From contig CBDFMH010000001.1 of the NCBI GenBank assembly GCA_965249545.1, positions 45 to 64,044 on the forward strand: a DNA stretch of 64,000 nucleotides. The letters are read 5' to 3'. Shown here piece after piece: positions 1 through 10,394 of this stretch. The notes below the pieces were generated by a model that was not told where the DNA came from, searched no databases, and was given only the letters and a program-made list of their open reading frames with translations. Position numbers and translations under genes: made by a program. This DNA is from Pirellulales bacterium (GTDB lineage Bacteria; Planctomycetota; Planctomycetia; Pirellulales; UBA1268). How positions within the stretch are numbered: the first letter of the stretch is position 1; every line of letters starts with the position of its first letter.

Positions 1-2
1 CA

Positions 3-1121
3 TACAGCCGACCCGTCATTGTTCCTGGGATTATTGTTGAGAAGCCTGGTCGATCTCAGTACACAGTGATTGCTCCAATTACCGGTTATGTCACTCAGGT
101 CTATCAAACACCTGGAAGGTCAGTTTCACCAGGCGATCCACTTTTTGAACTACGGTTAACGCACGAAGAACTCGTACAGTTGCAGGTTGATTTGCTTGCT
201 ACGTCGGAAGCACTTGATGTTGTTCAACGAGAGCTTCGTCGGCTTGAGAGTATCAATACAGAGGGCCTGATTGCAAAAAAGAGGATTCTCGACCAGCAAT
301 ATGAATTACAAAAACTAGAGGGTCGCCAACTCGCACAGAGGCAGGCCCTGCTGTTGCACGGACTTTCTGGATCTCAAGTAAAGACGATTCAAGAAAGCCG
401 TACATTATTAGGCACCGTCATAGTCCGGGCACCGTATGAGGATGAGCTTGTTATCGATGATGCGCAGGGACAGCCCATGCTCCTGCTGCAGCAGCTCGAT
501 GTCGAGCGTGGCCAATATGTTGAAACCGGCGTGACGCTTGCAGTATTAGTCGATCATCAAACATTATTGATTGATGCGGAGGCTTTTGAAAAAGATGCGA
601 TTGAAATTAGTGAAGCTGCTTCAGAGGGCAGGCCCGTCGTTGCAATGCTTGAGACTGCGTCTGGGGAATCTAGGGACATTCCGGGACTTACAATAGACTA
701 CCTTGCTAGTGAAGTTGATGCAGAAGCGAGAACATTGCACTTTTTTGTGTCGCTTCCGAATGAAAAGCTATCTGGTCTGCCCGGTGAACTGAGTTCGGAA
801 ACACTGAATTGGCGATATCGCCCCGGTCAAAGAGTGCGACTGCGAGTTCCAATTGAGGAGTGGCCGGACCGGATGGTTGTGCCAGCCACTGCGGTGGCTG
901 AAGATGGTGTCGAACACTACGTCTTTATTGCGGATGGAGATCACTTCCATCAACAAGCTGTTGAGGTTGAATTTCGTGATCCAAAATGTGTTGTTCTTGC
1001 GAATGACGGGTCAATCCATCCGGGCGACATTATTGCTCTCACCGCTGCACAGCAGCTTCAATTCGCATTGAAGAGTCAATCAGGAACGACTGTTGATCAT
1101 CATTCAGGACATACCCACTAA
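3..1121 (+). CDS. RND efflux periplasmic adaptor (membrane fusion protein), CzcB/CusB-like; 5' end truncated by window edge
   Basis: Frame is open from position 3. Lipoyl-like halves (IAPITGYV...PGRSVSPGDPLF; VRAP...VERGQYVETG) flank a coiled coil. Lies directly upstream of an RND permease and ends in a His-rich tail DHHSGHTH. Confidence 0.85.
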   Translation, partial: YSRPVIVPGIIVEKPGRSQYTVIAPITGYVTQVYQTPGRSVSPGDPLFELRLTHEELVQLQVDLLATSEALDVVQRELRRLESINTEGLIAKKRILDQQYELQKLEGRQLAQRQALLLHGLSGSQVKTIQESRTLLGTVIVRAPYEDELVIDDAQGQPMLLLQQLDVERGQYVETGVTLAVLVDHQTLLIDAEAFEKDAIEISEAASEGRPVVAMLETASGESRDIPGLTIDYLASEVDAEARTLHFFVSLPNEKLSGLPGELSSETLNWRYRPGQRVRLRVPIEEWPDRMVVPATAVAEDGVEHYVFIADGDHFHQQAVEVEFRDPKCVVLANDGSIHPGDIIALTAAQQLQFALKSQSGTTVDHHSGHTH

Positions 1122-1153
1122 ACCTGCTACCTGTCTCTGCACAAGGGAATGTC

Positions 1154-4100
1154 ATGCTTGATGTTGTTATACGAGCCGCACTTCGCTATCGGGTTTTAAC
1201 ATCTGTCTCTGCTTTAGCAATTCTTTTTTATGGTGGCTTGGCTTGGCGTAACCTTCCGATCAATATCTTCCCGGATCTTGATCGGCCACGAGTAACAATT
1301 CTGACAGAGGCAAGCGGGCTCGCTCCTGAGGAAGTAGAGATGCTTGTGACCGTGCCGCTTGAGGCAGTTTTAACCGGGGCGAGCGGTGTTCAGACAGTAC
1401 GAAGTTCGTCAGGTATTGGTCTTTCTGTCATTTGGGTTGAATTCGAATGGGGCTCAGATGTTTATATCAATCGTCAGATTGTTGCCGAAAAGATTGGATC
1501 AGCGCAAGAGCGACTGCCGAAAGGCATGCGTCCTCATATTGCGCCAATCTCTTCGATCATGGGGCAGGTTATGCATATTGGCATCGAAAGCGTTCATGGT
1601 AAAACGGCTCCTATTGACCTACGAACGTTCGCAGATTGGGTTGTTCGTCAGCGTCTGTTGACCGTGCCAGGAGTTGCGCAAGTTATCACTATGGGTGGTG
1701 GTCGCAAACAGTTTCAGGTGTTGGTTAACCCTGATTTGATGTTGCAATACGGAGTCTCGCTTCATGATGTTGAGCAGGCCGTCCGAGCCAGCAATTCAAA
1801 TGCTACTGGTGGCTATCTCGAGCGAGCCGGGAATGAGTTGCTGGTTCGCGCATTAGGCCGAATCAAAACAGTAAATGATTTGAAGGCTGTTGTGGTGAAG
1901 GCAAGGGAGGACCGCCCGGTAGTCTTGGGGCAGGTGGCTCGAGTTGCAGAGGGGGCGCAATTAAAAAGAGGCGATGCGGCTGTCAATGGAAAGCCGGCCG
2001 TTCTCGTAGTTGTTTCAAAGCAACCAGGTGCTGATACTCGTCGTTTGACCGAGGATGTCCTTAGTGCAATAGAAAGTATCAGGCAATCTCTCCCGGCTGA
2101 TATTCGAATCATCCCAGATCTTTATCAGCAAAAAACATTTATTGATTTAAGTATTTCGAATGTAATCGAGGCATTACGAGATGGCGTCTTGCTTGTCATT
2201 GTTGTTTTGTTCTTGTTTCTTCTCAATGCTCGTGTGACATTCATCACGCTTACGGCAATACCTCTATCGATCATGATTACGGCCATCGTTTTTCAGGTTC
2301 TTGGTATGTCGATTAACACAATGACTCTAGGTGGATTGGCTGTTGCAGTAGGTGAACTTGTTGATGATGCGATTGTCGATGTTGAAAATATTTTCCGTCG
2401 TCTTCGTGAAAATAGTCAACGGACAGTACCCCATCCAATTCTTCGTGTTGTTTATGAAGCAAGTCGGGAAGTCCGAAGTTCTATTGTCTTTAGTACATCT
2501 CTTGTCGTTCTTGTTTTTGTTCCACTCTTTGCACTCGGGGGAATTGAAGGGAAGTTATTTATGCCCCTCGGCTTGGCTTATATTATTTCTATCCTTGCAT
2601 CTCTTGTCGTCTCCTTAACGGTTACGCCTGTTCTGTCGTACTGGTTGTTGTCTGGTTCGACTGGTTCTCGGAAATATCGCAAAAGCTTTGTTCTTAAAGT
2701 TTCCCAATCTTTAGTAGGGTGGGCGAATCGTTTCAGCATTCGGTATCCAGCAATTGTCTTAGTGGTGGTAGCTGGATGTTGTGTAGCTAGTGTTGTGATC
2801 CTTACGCGGCTAGGGAGAGATTTCTTACCTCCATTCAACGAAGGCAGTGTTCAGGTCAATGTGTTTTTGCCCCCAGGAACATCGCTCGTCACATCAAATG
2901 CAATCAATGCGATGGTTGATGAACGTATTGGAACAGTTGAGGGCGTGTTGAACGTTAGTCGCCGGACAGGTAGGGCAGAAATGGATGAGCACGCGGAAGG
3001 AGTGAATACATCAGAGATTCTTGTATGTTTAGATCCGACTGCGAGCCGCAGTCGTGAGCAATCAATTCAGGATATCAGAGAACAGGTTGAGAATGTCCCA
3101 GGCGTTATCGCATCAGTTGAACAGCCTCTCTCGCATCTCATCAGCCACATGCTTTCAGGAGTAAAAGCACAGGTGGGCATTAAGCTTTATGGAGACGATC
3201 TTGTTTTATTACGGAAAAACGCCGAGCAGATAAAAGAGGCAATTGCTGATGTGTCCGGTGTTACTGATCTTTTAGTAGAGCAGCAAACGGAATTGCCTCA
3301 ACTCAAGATTCAGATCAATCGAGAAAAACTAGTGCAGTATGGCCTTACAGTTGAAACAGTCAATGAGTTTATACAGACAGCAATGTACGGCCGAACCGTG
3401 TCGCAAATAGTTGATCGTCAGCGTGTGTTTGATCTTATTGTACGGATGGATGAACCGTATCGAGTCGATGTTGAAAAGCTGGGGGACTTGTCAATTAATC
3501 TGCCAACGGGTGGGCGAGTCCCGCTCGATGCTGTTGCTGCTATTAGGGAAGGTAGTGGGCCGAATACGATTAACCGAGAAAATGCGAGGCGGCGTATTGT
3601 TATTCAATGTAATACGGTCGGGCGTGACCTTGATGGGGTGGTTCGAGAGATACAGAAGCGGCTTAAACCAATTGAGTCTGGGTTGCCCCCGGGGTCTTTC
3701 CTTGAATACGGAGGCCAATTTGAGAGCCAGAGGCAAGCAACAAGGATGATTGCTTTGTTAAGTCTGGTATCGCTGGGTGGAATGTTTGTACTTCTCTATA
3801 CGTTATTTCACTCTGTAAATCTTTCTCTGCAGGTACTTTCGGCATTGCCTATGGCAGCTATTGGAGCTATTGGTGCACTCGTACTCACAAACCAGTCATT
3901 GACTATTGCAAGTATGGTTGGATTCATATCACTCTGTGGGATTGCTTCGAGGAATGGAATTCTCCTGATAGCTCATTACCTTCATCTCGTTCGACATGAA
4001 GGAGAAGGGTTTACTCGAGATATGATAGAGCGAGCAGGGAAAGAGCGGGTCGCACCAATGCTGATGACGACGCTCACTGCGGGTATCGCGTTGGTGCCAC

Positions 4101-4294
4101 TTGTTTTGGCTGCAGGTGAACCAGGGAAGGAAATTCTCTATCCAGTGGCAACAGTCATTCTTGGTGGCCTGATCAGTTCGACTATTCTTGATTTCTTTGT
4201 ACACCCGGCCTTGTTCTGGTGCTTCGGTATGCGCGATGCAGAAAAAGCAATAGGAAAAGCTGGAACTGATGTCTTAGCAGCACCCTCACGATAG
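1154..4294 (+). CDS. Heavy-metal efflux RND transporter permease, CzcA/CusA family
   Basis: 1046 aa with typical HME-RND motifs: LPINIFPDL, GLAPEEVE, NTMTLGGLAVAVGELVDDAIVDVENI, GRDFLPPFNEG, PMLMTTL. Confidence 0.93.
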   Translation: MLDVVIRAALRYRVLTSVSALAILFYGGLAWRNLPINIFPDLDRPRVTILTEASGLAPEEVEMLVTVPLEAVLTGASGVQTVRSSSGIGLSVIWVEFEWGSDVYINRQIVAEKIGSAQERLPKGMRPHIAPISSIMGQVMHIGIESVHGKTAPIDLRTFADWVVRQRLLTVPGVAQVITMGGGRKQFQVLVNPDLMLQYGVSLHDVEQAVRASNSNATGGYLERAGNELLVRALGRIKTVNDLKAVVVKAREDRPVVLGQVARVAEGAQLKRGDAAVNGKPAVLVVVSKQPGADTRRLTEDVLSAIESIRQSLPADIRIIPDLYQQKTFIDLSISNVIEALRDGVLLVIVVLFLFLLNARVTFITLTAIPLSIMITAIVFQVLGMSINTMTLGGLAVAVGELVDDAIVDVENIFRRLRENSQRTVPHPILRVVYEASREVRSSIVFSTSLVVLVFVPLFALGGIEGKLFMPLGLAYIISILASLVVSLTVTPVLSYWLLSGSTGSRKYRKSFVLKVSQSLVGWANRFSIRYPAIVLVVVAGCCVASVVILTRLGRDFLPPFNEGSVQVNVFLPPGTSLVTSNAINAMVDERIGTVEGVLNVSRRTGRAEMDEHAEGVNTSEILVCLDPTASRSREQSIQDIREQVENVPGVIASVEQPLSHLISHMLSGVKAQVGIKLYGDDLVLLRKNAEQIKEAIADVSGVTDLLVEQQTELPQLKIQINREKLVQYGLTVETVNEFIQTAMYGRTVSQIVDRQRVFDLIVRMDEPYRVDVEKLGDLSINLPTGGRVPLDAVAAIREGSGPNTINRENARRRIVIQCNTVGRDLDGVVREIQKRLKPIESGLPPGSFLEYGGQFESQRQATRMIALLSLVSLGGMFVLLYTLFHSVNLSLQVLSALPMAAIGAIGALVLTNQSLTIASMVGFISLCGIASRNGILLIAHYLHLVRHEGEGFTRDMIERAGKERVAPMLMTTLTAGIALVPLVLAAGEPGKEILYPVATVILGGLISSTILDFFVHPALFWCFGMRDAEKAIGKAGTDVLAAPSR

Positions 4295-4466
4295 CTTTGT
4301 AAGTAGGCTTGTTTTTGTATAAGGCGCAGGTGCCTGGGAGACAATGAGGCTGAAAAACAGTCAAGGTTAGGCGGCGATTTTTTCTAGGAATCTTCACTGG
4401 TAAACTTGGAGCGGTATATTTTCATAATGCGACTCCTATCCGTCCCTCGACATAAACCGTATTGAG

Positions 4467-7400
4467 ATGAAATATCATACAGGCTTTTTCCCCTCTTCGA
4501 TTCTTTTGGTGCTCGTTTCCGTTCTGTTATTTTTGTGCGAAGGAAAAGCTACAGAAGGTAGTGAATCAGGCAACGAAATAGCAGTCACAGAAATCGTCCA
4601 GTTGCCTCCAGGTATGCATGTGGACGTCTTTGCAGATGAGTCACTGGTTGCGAACCCTGTTGCTTTCTCAATTGACGAAATGGGGCAAGTGTTTGTTTGT
4701 GAAACATTTCGCCAAGGCAAAGGTGTCGAAGATAATCGAAAACATCTTGTATGGCTTGAAGATGATCTTGCAGCGCAGAGTGTTGCCGATCGGCTGGCAA
4801 TGTTTCGTAAGCATCTTGGTGAAAAAGTGCATGACTATTCTAAATTTGAAGATCGTGTGCGATTGCTTATTGATACGGATCAGGATACGGTCGCCGACAA
4901 GGTAGTTACTTTTGCCGACGGATTTAATGAGATTGAAGACGGGACAGGTGCAGGCGTCTTGGCAATTAATGGAGATGTCTACTACACATGCATTCCGAAT
5001 TTGTGGTTGTTGAAAGACACTGATGGCAATGGAATTGCTGACGTCAAGAAAACATTGCACAGTGGATATGGTGTCCGGGTTGCATTTCGTGGTCACGACA
5101 TGCACGGGCTCACGCTTGGCCCCGACGGACGTGTTTATTTCAGTATTGGAGACCGTGGTTACAACGTGATTACGCCGGAAGGGAATCGTTTACACCGTCC
5201 ATACTGTGGTGCTGTGTTTCGATGCGAGCGAGATGGTTCAGGCCTCGAAGAGTTTGCTTATGGCCTTCGTAATCCACAGGAACTTGCTTTTGACGACTAT
5301 GGGAATCTTTTTACGGGAGACAATAATTCTGATTCCGGTGATCTTGCAAGGCTTGTCTACGTACTTCCCGAATCAGATTCGGGCTGGCGAATGTATTATC
5401 AATACCTGGATGATCGGGGGCCATGGAATAGAGAGCGAATCTGGTTGCCCTACAGGTGTGATGAAAAGACTGCCGCTGTGCAGCCGGCTTCTATTCTTCC
5501 GCCTGTTGCAAATTTGGCTGATGGTCCGTCCGGGTTTGTCGCCTACCCGGGTACAGGACTGCCGGCCCAATACAATAATCATTTCTTTCTGGCCGATTTT
5601 TATGGAACACCAGCACTGAGCGGGATACGGTCTTTTGCAGTTGAGAAATACGGTGCAGGATTCGCGTTACAAGACAGCGAGTGGTTCATCAAGGGTGTTC
5701 TTGCAACAGATGTGGACTTTGGATTTGACGGGAGTATGTATATATCTGACTGGATAAGTGGCTGGAACGGTACAGGTAAAGGCAGAATTATTCGGGTTAC
5801 GTCATCATCCCAAGAGGCAGCTACAGAGATTGCTGAACTGTTGCAGGTTGGCCTTGAGAAACTTTCGACCATCGAACTTATCAACCTCCTTGAACATGAC
5901 GATCGACGTGTTCGGCAGCGAGCGCAGTTTACTCTTGCTGATCGTGGGGCGTTGAAATCACTGCTTGAGGTAAGCACTGATACCAGTCGTGACGTCCTGG
6001 CAAGAATTCATGCAATTTGGGGTTTGGGCCAATTGTCTCGAAAGAAAGCGGTCAATTACCAAGCACTCGTTTCATTACTAAAGGATTCTCATGCTGAGGT
6101 TCGACGGAATGCGATTGTCGTTCTGGGCGATGGGCATTTTCCACAAACTGTTTCTTATCTGATCGATACGTTAACTGAAAAAGATGAACGTAAAAGTTCT
6201 CCGGCTGAAAAGGCTGCAGCTGCGATTGCTTTGGGGAGAATCGCCCGCCACGAGAAAAAAACACTGGTACAAGCGGTTCCCGCACTGCTCGATACTCTTG
6301 CTAGCAATAATAATGTTGACCCTGTTCTTCGGTGTGCTGTTTGTTCATCTTTGTCTTTTTGCGCGACGGCAGATCAGTTAGTTCAATGCGTGTCCGATAC
6401 GCGTCAGCCAGTACGGCTTGGGGCAGTTGTTGCCTTGGCGCGAATGCAATCTCCACAACTCGAAGCATTCCTTAGTGATATGGATACTCAAGTTGTGACA
6501 GAAGCCGCTCGTGGGCTATACGAGAATAGAGACAAAGAGTCGATACGCTGTCTTGCTGGATTAGGGAGTAGTCGGAACGTTCCAAATATCGCCCAACGAT
6601 ATGCTGTCGCAGCATCCTTCCGGATTGGTGGTCTGCCTGAGGCGGAGAAGGTACTTGCAGTCGCGGCTGACCAATCGGTAAGCGAGGAGATCCGTGTCGA
6701 GGCCATGGACGCGTTGATGGCATGGAAAAATCCATCGGATATTGATCGTCTTTCAGGTCAATATCGTCCGGTCGAAAAGAGGCCATCGCTCGATTTCACC
6801 GAACATCTTTCGCAGTGCCTTCAGGATCTTTTTTCTGGGACTGAAAAAGTAAAAATCAAGGCCGCTGGATTGGTGACATTTTTTGAGGTCGAAGCGGCGG
6901 TCGACTTGTTGTGGACAAGAGTGAACGATGTAGAAGAAGAGCCTGGTGCTCGAGCAGCCTCACTCAAAGCTTTGTTCGGTCTCCATGACCCAACACTGAA
7001 AGACTGCGTTGGTACGCTGCTTCGTGATGGCAATGCTGCAGTGCGTAAAGTCGCTAGGACCATACTTGCAACAATCGATCCAGCTGAAGCTGTTGCAGAG
7101 GCGGAGTATGTGCTTCAAGGTGACTCGACTGACGAACAGCAACAGGTCATTGAAATGCTTTGTCAGCTGAGTTCAACGAAGGCAGACAGCGTTCTCTTGA
7201 AGGCCCTTCGATTGCAACTGACAGCAGATGCACATTCTCCTATTACGCTGGATCTTCTTGAAGCAGCAAAAAGGAGAGGTGTGAAGTCTCTTGTAGATGC
7301 CGCTGGTGAAATAGAAAACAAAAGAAACCCGGAAGATCCTCTGGGGAACTACAGAGAGTGCCTCTCGGGTGGAAATGTAGAGTATGGAGAAAAAGTTTTT

Positions 7401-7817
7401 TTTAAAAATAAGAAAGTTACTTGTGTTCGTTGTCATATGGTCAACGAGCGGGGAGGGAGTGTCGGGCCCAACTTGTCAAAAGTTGGTCGAGAAAAAACAG
7501 CAGAGTATCTTCTCGAGTCCATTGTTTTGCCGAGTGCGAAGATCTCACCCGGATATTCGACAGTCCAATTCTTGATGGCAACGGGCCGGGTTCATTCTGG
7601 TGTTATAAAAAAAGAAGAAGCTGATCGTTTTGTTATTCAGAACGCAGACGGTGACTTGGTGACACTTCGTAAAGATGATGTCGATGAAATGCAGGCCGGT
7701 CTTTCTGGTATGCCTGCTGACCTAGTGAAGCAATTGTCAAAAAGAGAGGTGCGAGATCTTGTTGCTTATCTAAGTTCACTTGTAGAGGAAAAGAAACGTA
7801 GTGCTCATTTTGAATGA
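4467..7817 (+). CDS. PVC-type heme-binding CxxCH protein (beta-propeller dehydrogenase-like domain + HEAT repeats + cytochrome c)
   Basis: Signal peptide; LPPG..VDVFA..LVANPVAFSID start; GLRNPQELAFD; HEAT-like helical repeats; C-terminal CVRCH...GPNLS heme domain with distal Met (SGMP). Confidence 0.88.
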   Translation: MKYHTGFFPSSILLVLVSVLLFLCEGKATEGSESGNEIAVTEIVQLPPGMHVDVFADESLVANPVAFSIDEMGQVFVCETFRQGKGVEDNRKHLVWLEDDLAAQSVADRLAMFRKHLGEKVHDYSKFEDRVRLLIDTDQDTVADKVVTFADGFNEIEDGTGAGVLAINGDVYYTCIPNLWLLKDTDGNGIADVKKTLHSGYGVRVAFRGHDMHGLTLGPDGRVYFSIGDRGYNVITPEGNRLHRPYCGAVFRCERDGSGLEEFAYGLRNPQELAFDDYGNLFTGDNNSDSGDLARLVYVLPESDSGWRMYYQYLDDRGPWNRERIWLPYRCDEKTAAVQPASILPPVANLADGPSGFVAYPGTGLPAQYNNHFFLADFYGTPALSGIRSFAVEKYGAGFALQDSEWFIKGVLATDVDFGFDGSMYISDWISGWNGTGKGRIIRVTSSSQEAATEIAELLQVGLEKLSTIELINLLEHDDRRVRQRAQFTLADRGALKSLLEVSTDTSRDVLARIHAIWGLGQLSRKKAVNYQALVSLLKDSHAEVRRNAIVVLGDGHFPQTVSYLIDTLTEKDERKSSPAEKAAAAIALGRIARHEKKTLVQAVPALLDTLASNNNVDPVLRCAVCSSLSFCATADQLVQCVSDTRQPVRLGAVVALARMQSPQLEAFLSDMDTQVVTEAARGLYENRDKESIRCLAGLGSSRNVPNIAQRYAVAASFRIGGLPEAEKVLAVAADQSVSEEIRVEAMDALMAWKNPSDIDRLSGQYRPVEKRPSLDFTEHLSQCLQDLFSGTEKVKIKAAGLVTFFEVEAAVDLLWTRVNDVEEEPGARAASLKALFGLHDPTLKDCVGTLLRDGNAAVRKVARTILATIDPAEAVAEAEYVLQGDSTDEQQQVIEMLCQLSSTKADSVLLKALRLQLTADAHSPITLDLLEAAKRRGVKSLVDAAGEIENKRNPEDPLGNYRECLSGGNVEYGEKVFFKNKKVTCVRCHMVNERGGSVGPNLSKVGREKTAEYLLESIVLPSAKISPGYSTVQFLMATGRVHSGVIKKEEADRFVIQNADGDLVTLRKDDVDEMQAGLSGMPADLVKQLSKREVRDLVAYLSSLVEEKKRSAHFE

Positions 7818-7929
7818 GAGGAGGGCATTGCTAAAAATTACGGGGTAGTCTGAATGAGACTGACCTGTATCGATGCATTCAATCTTTTGCGGGCTCTGAA
7901 ATCCTTTGGATGCTGAAATGTCAGGGGTT

Positions 7930-9480
7930 TCATTCATTGTGGGTGACGTCGCTGCATGAAACGTTGTCGACAGCGACGGCACTGCCAGGGTCGCCTGTAT
8001 TTTCAATTGACAGAACAATGTTTTGTCCAAGAAGGTCTGGGTGTTGCTCAGCTGAGACACTGACAGAGATCGGTGTCCAGATCGTTGGCCAGCCATGTTT
8101 CCAGTACACCTTTCGGATGCCAAATATGTCAGGAGATTCTTCAGTCCCATTAACTCTTTTTTTACTTTTCCTGTAGTCGTATCCAACAAATGTTTGTCCA
8201 TCTTCTTCCCAGAAGTGTGGATGGCCTGGTACGAGTTGTGCCCCATCGTCACCGAGGAAGAAGCTATTTCCGAAACGTCGCTTTTGTTTGTTGAACTGAG
8301 TTAAAGGTATGCCGTCCTTGTCAACATACGGCCCCATTGGATCACGACTGCGACCCATTCGGATTGTGTAGCTTTCCATGAGGCTTCCGTAACTTGCAAA
8401 TAAGTACCAGAAGTCATTTTTTCGGTAGATGGCGGCACCCTCGATCCATTCGTTATCGCCTGTCCACACGTCTTCTTGGTTCGTAGCCCGGTCGGCAACC
8501 CTTGCATGAATTTTTTCATGAGTCATTACTTCAGGATTTTCCTGCTCATGGAGTAGAAGGCCGGTTTCTGGATTTAGTTCAGTGACTGCTATAAAGTTCC
8601 CACCCCAAGCCATCCAGAGTCTTTGGTCGAGCTCATCGAAAAATACATACGGATCGAAGGCAATGATATCTTCATCGCCAGCATGCGATAAAACGAGGTT
8701 CTCGTATTTCTCAGGAGGTGCTGCTGGCCAATGATAGTTTGGTGCACCTTCTCCAGTCGGCTCGATGTATTGGATGGCGTGATATTCTTCTCGTTCACCT
8801 TCCGGATCCTCGAAGGTGCTAACATACAAGAGTTTTCTGTCTCTCACGATGACAGGGCAAACGGCACCACGGTCTTCCTGTGCCCGCTGGTAGTCTTCAA
8901 AGTCTGGAGCGATTTCCCAGGGGTCATGAATGGGGTCAAGTTCCAACCTCTGCACAAATCGGCTCTCACTAAAGGCATGTCTATACCCTCCGTCAATCCA
9001 GATATTGCCGCCGTCGTCGTTAGAAAACTCTCGTGGTGCACCAAGTATTTCGACAGGGTTTATTGCTACTTCATTTTCAGCGAGTGATTTATTACCAATT
9101 CGTAATTCCAGCCGAATATGTGAGGTTTCACTCGTGCCGTCTGGATAGTCTTGTGTTGGACTGGCAAGTTGTTGCGAATGGTTTTCGTCATAGATACTTC
9201 GTGCCCAGACCGTCAGGTTGAATGTTTTTCCCTGTGAGAGCCAGAGGCTTGTTTCCTGTTCAATTTTATCACCGCTTCCGTTGAGCACGGCATAACGAGT
9301 GCCGTGAACCGGGGCATAGTATTCATTTGATCCGGCTTGTAGATAATGCCACCCATCGTCTGACTCAAAACTCGGATTTCGGATAGATTCATCGTGAGTC
9401 TCTTGAGACCATCCGGTTGCAAGTAGATGACAAATGGAAAGAAGAAGGCCAAGCAGGCCCCTGAAGAGATGTTTACTCAT
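7930..9480 (-). CDS. Secreted GH43-family glycoside hydrolase (endo-arabinanase-like) with CBM-like flanks
   Basis: Signal peptide; AFDPYVF (pKa-modulator Asp), WIEGAAIY (acid Glu), YTIRMGRS..PMGPYVDKDG and PGH are GH43 arabinanase-type motifs. Confidence 0.78.
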   Translation of the reverse strand: MSKHLFRGLLGLLLSICHLLATGWSQETHDESIRNPSFESDDGWHYLQAGSNEYYAPVHGTRYAVLNGSGDKIEQETSLWLSQGKTFNLTVWARSIYDENHSQQLASPTQDYPDGTSETSHIRLELRIGNKSLAENEVAINPVEILGAPREFSNDDGGNIWIDGGYRHAFSESRFVQRLELDPIHDPWEIAPDFEDYQRAQEDRGAVCPVIVRDRKLLYVSTFEDPEGEREEYHAIQYIEPTGEGAPNYHWPAAPPEKYENLVLSHAGDEDIIAFDPYVFFDELDQRLWMAWGGNFIAVTELNPETGLLLHEQENPEVMTHEKIHARVADRATNQEDVWTGDNEWIEGAAIYRKNDFWYLFASYGSLMESYTIRMGRSRDPMGPYVDKDGIPLTQFNKQKRRFGNSFFLGDDGAQLVPGHPHFWEEDGQTFVGYDYRKSKKRVNGTEESPDIFGIRKVYWKHGWPTIWTPISVSVSAEQHPDLLGQNIVLSIENTGDPGSAVAVDNVSCSDVTHNE

Positions 9481-9527
9481 AGAAAGTATCTCAGGAGTTG
9501 AAAAAATCTTCTGAAGGTTGTAAACGA

Positions 9528-10256
9528 ATGTTCAAGAAAATTGTAAGTTTCATTGTGGTTTTTTTATTTCCTGTAGTTTCTTCTGGCCAAGAGGGTCACC
9601 TCCAGGAAGTAGCAAACCTTCGCAAGGACGTAGCTGTGGAGATGCAATATCTTATTGCCGTTCCACAGGAAGAGCCGGCCGCTGAGGGTTGGCCTCTGAT
9701 GCTTTTTCTTCACGGTTTAGGCGAATGTGGCAATGATATCAATCGTGTGAAAAAGCATGGCCCACCAAAGCTTATCGAAAATGGAACAAGATTTCCTTTT
9801 GTTGTCGTGTCCCCGCAATGTCCGCGGGGAAGTCGTTGGGAGGCTTGGCGACTTTCGGTGTTGCTGGACGAAGTTATAAAAAGGAATGATATTGATGAGG
9901 AGCGTGTTTATATAACGGGCCTGAGTATGGGCGGGTTTGGTACATGGGATCTCGCGGCTTATTCCCCAGAGCGATTTGCTGCAATTGCACCAATATGTGG
10001 TGGCGGAAATACGCTCGATGGAAAACTCTTGATCAATCTTCCTGCGTGGGTATTTCACGGCGCAGAAGATAAGGTTGTCCCCGCTTCTTTTTCAGAATCC
10101 ATGGTTACCGCAATACGGAGAGCAGGTGGAGGACCAAAGATCACAATCTACCCACATGCTGGCCACGATAGCTGGACTGAAACGTATGAGAACCCAAAAC
10201 TCTATGCATGGTTGTTAAAAAAGCAACGCAGGAAAAACAAAAGCAGATCAGACTAG
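9528..10256 (+). CDS. Secreted alpha/beta hydrolase (predicted peptidase/phospholipase-carboxylesterase)
   Basis: PLMLFLHG, GLSMGG nucleophile elbow, VFHGAED and AGHDSW give a Ser-Asp-His triad. Start placed at ATG 9528; the ORF track starts at 9498. Confidence 0.85.
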   Translation: MFKKIVSFIVVFLFPVVSSGQEGHLQEVANLRKDVAVEMQYLIAVPQEEPAAEGWPLMLFLHGLGECGNDINRVKKHGPPKLIENGTRFPFVVVSPQCPRGSRWEAWRLSVLLDEVIKRNDIDEERVYITGLSMGGFGTWDLAAYSPERFAAIAPICGGGNTLDGKLLINLPAWVFHGAEDKVVPASFSESMVTAIRRAGGGPKITIYPHAGHDSWTETYENPKLYAWLLKKQRRKNKSRSD

Positions 10257-10394
10257 CGTGCAAGTCGCAGCAAGGACAGCAGTGAGGGATTCGTTCAAGT
10301 GTCCGCTGTGAACTGAGCGCAAAGCAAAAGTTGTACGACTCAGAAAAGAACGAATGAATGAATGTCGTTTTGCTAGGTGTCGAAAAGACCACAG

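Noticed and set aside
10284-10293. GAGGGATTCG matching part of the tRNA-Val 3' half (possible att repeat)
   Set aside because: Only 10 bp, does not include the tRNA 3' end, and there is no integrase; consistent with chance.
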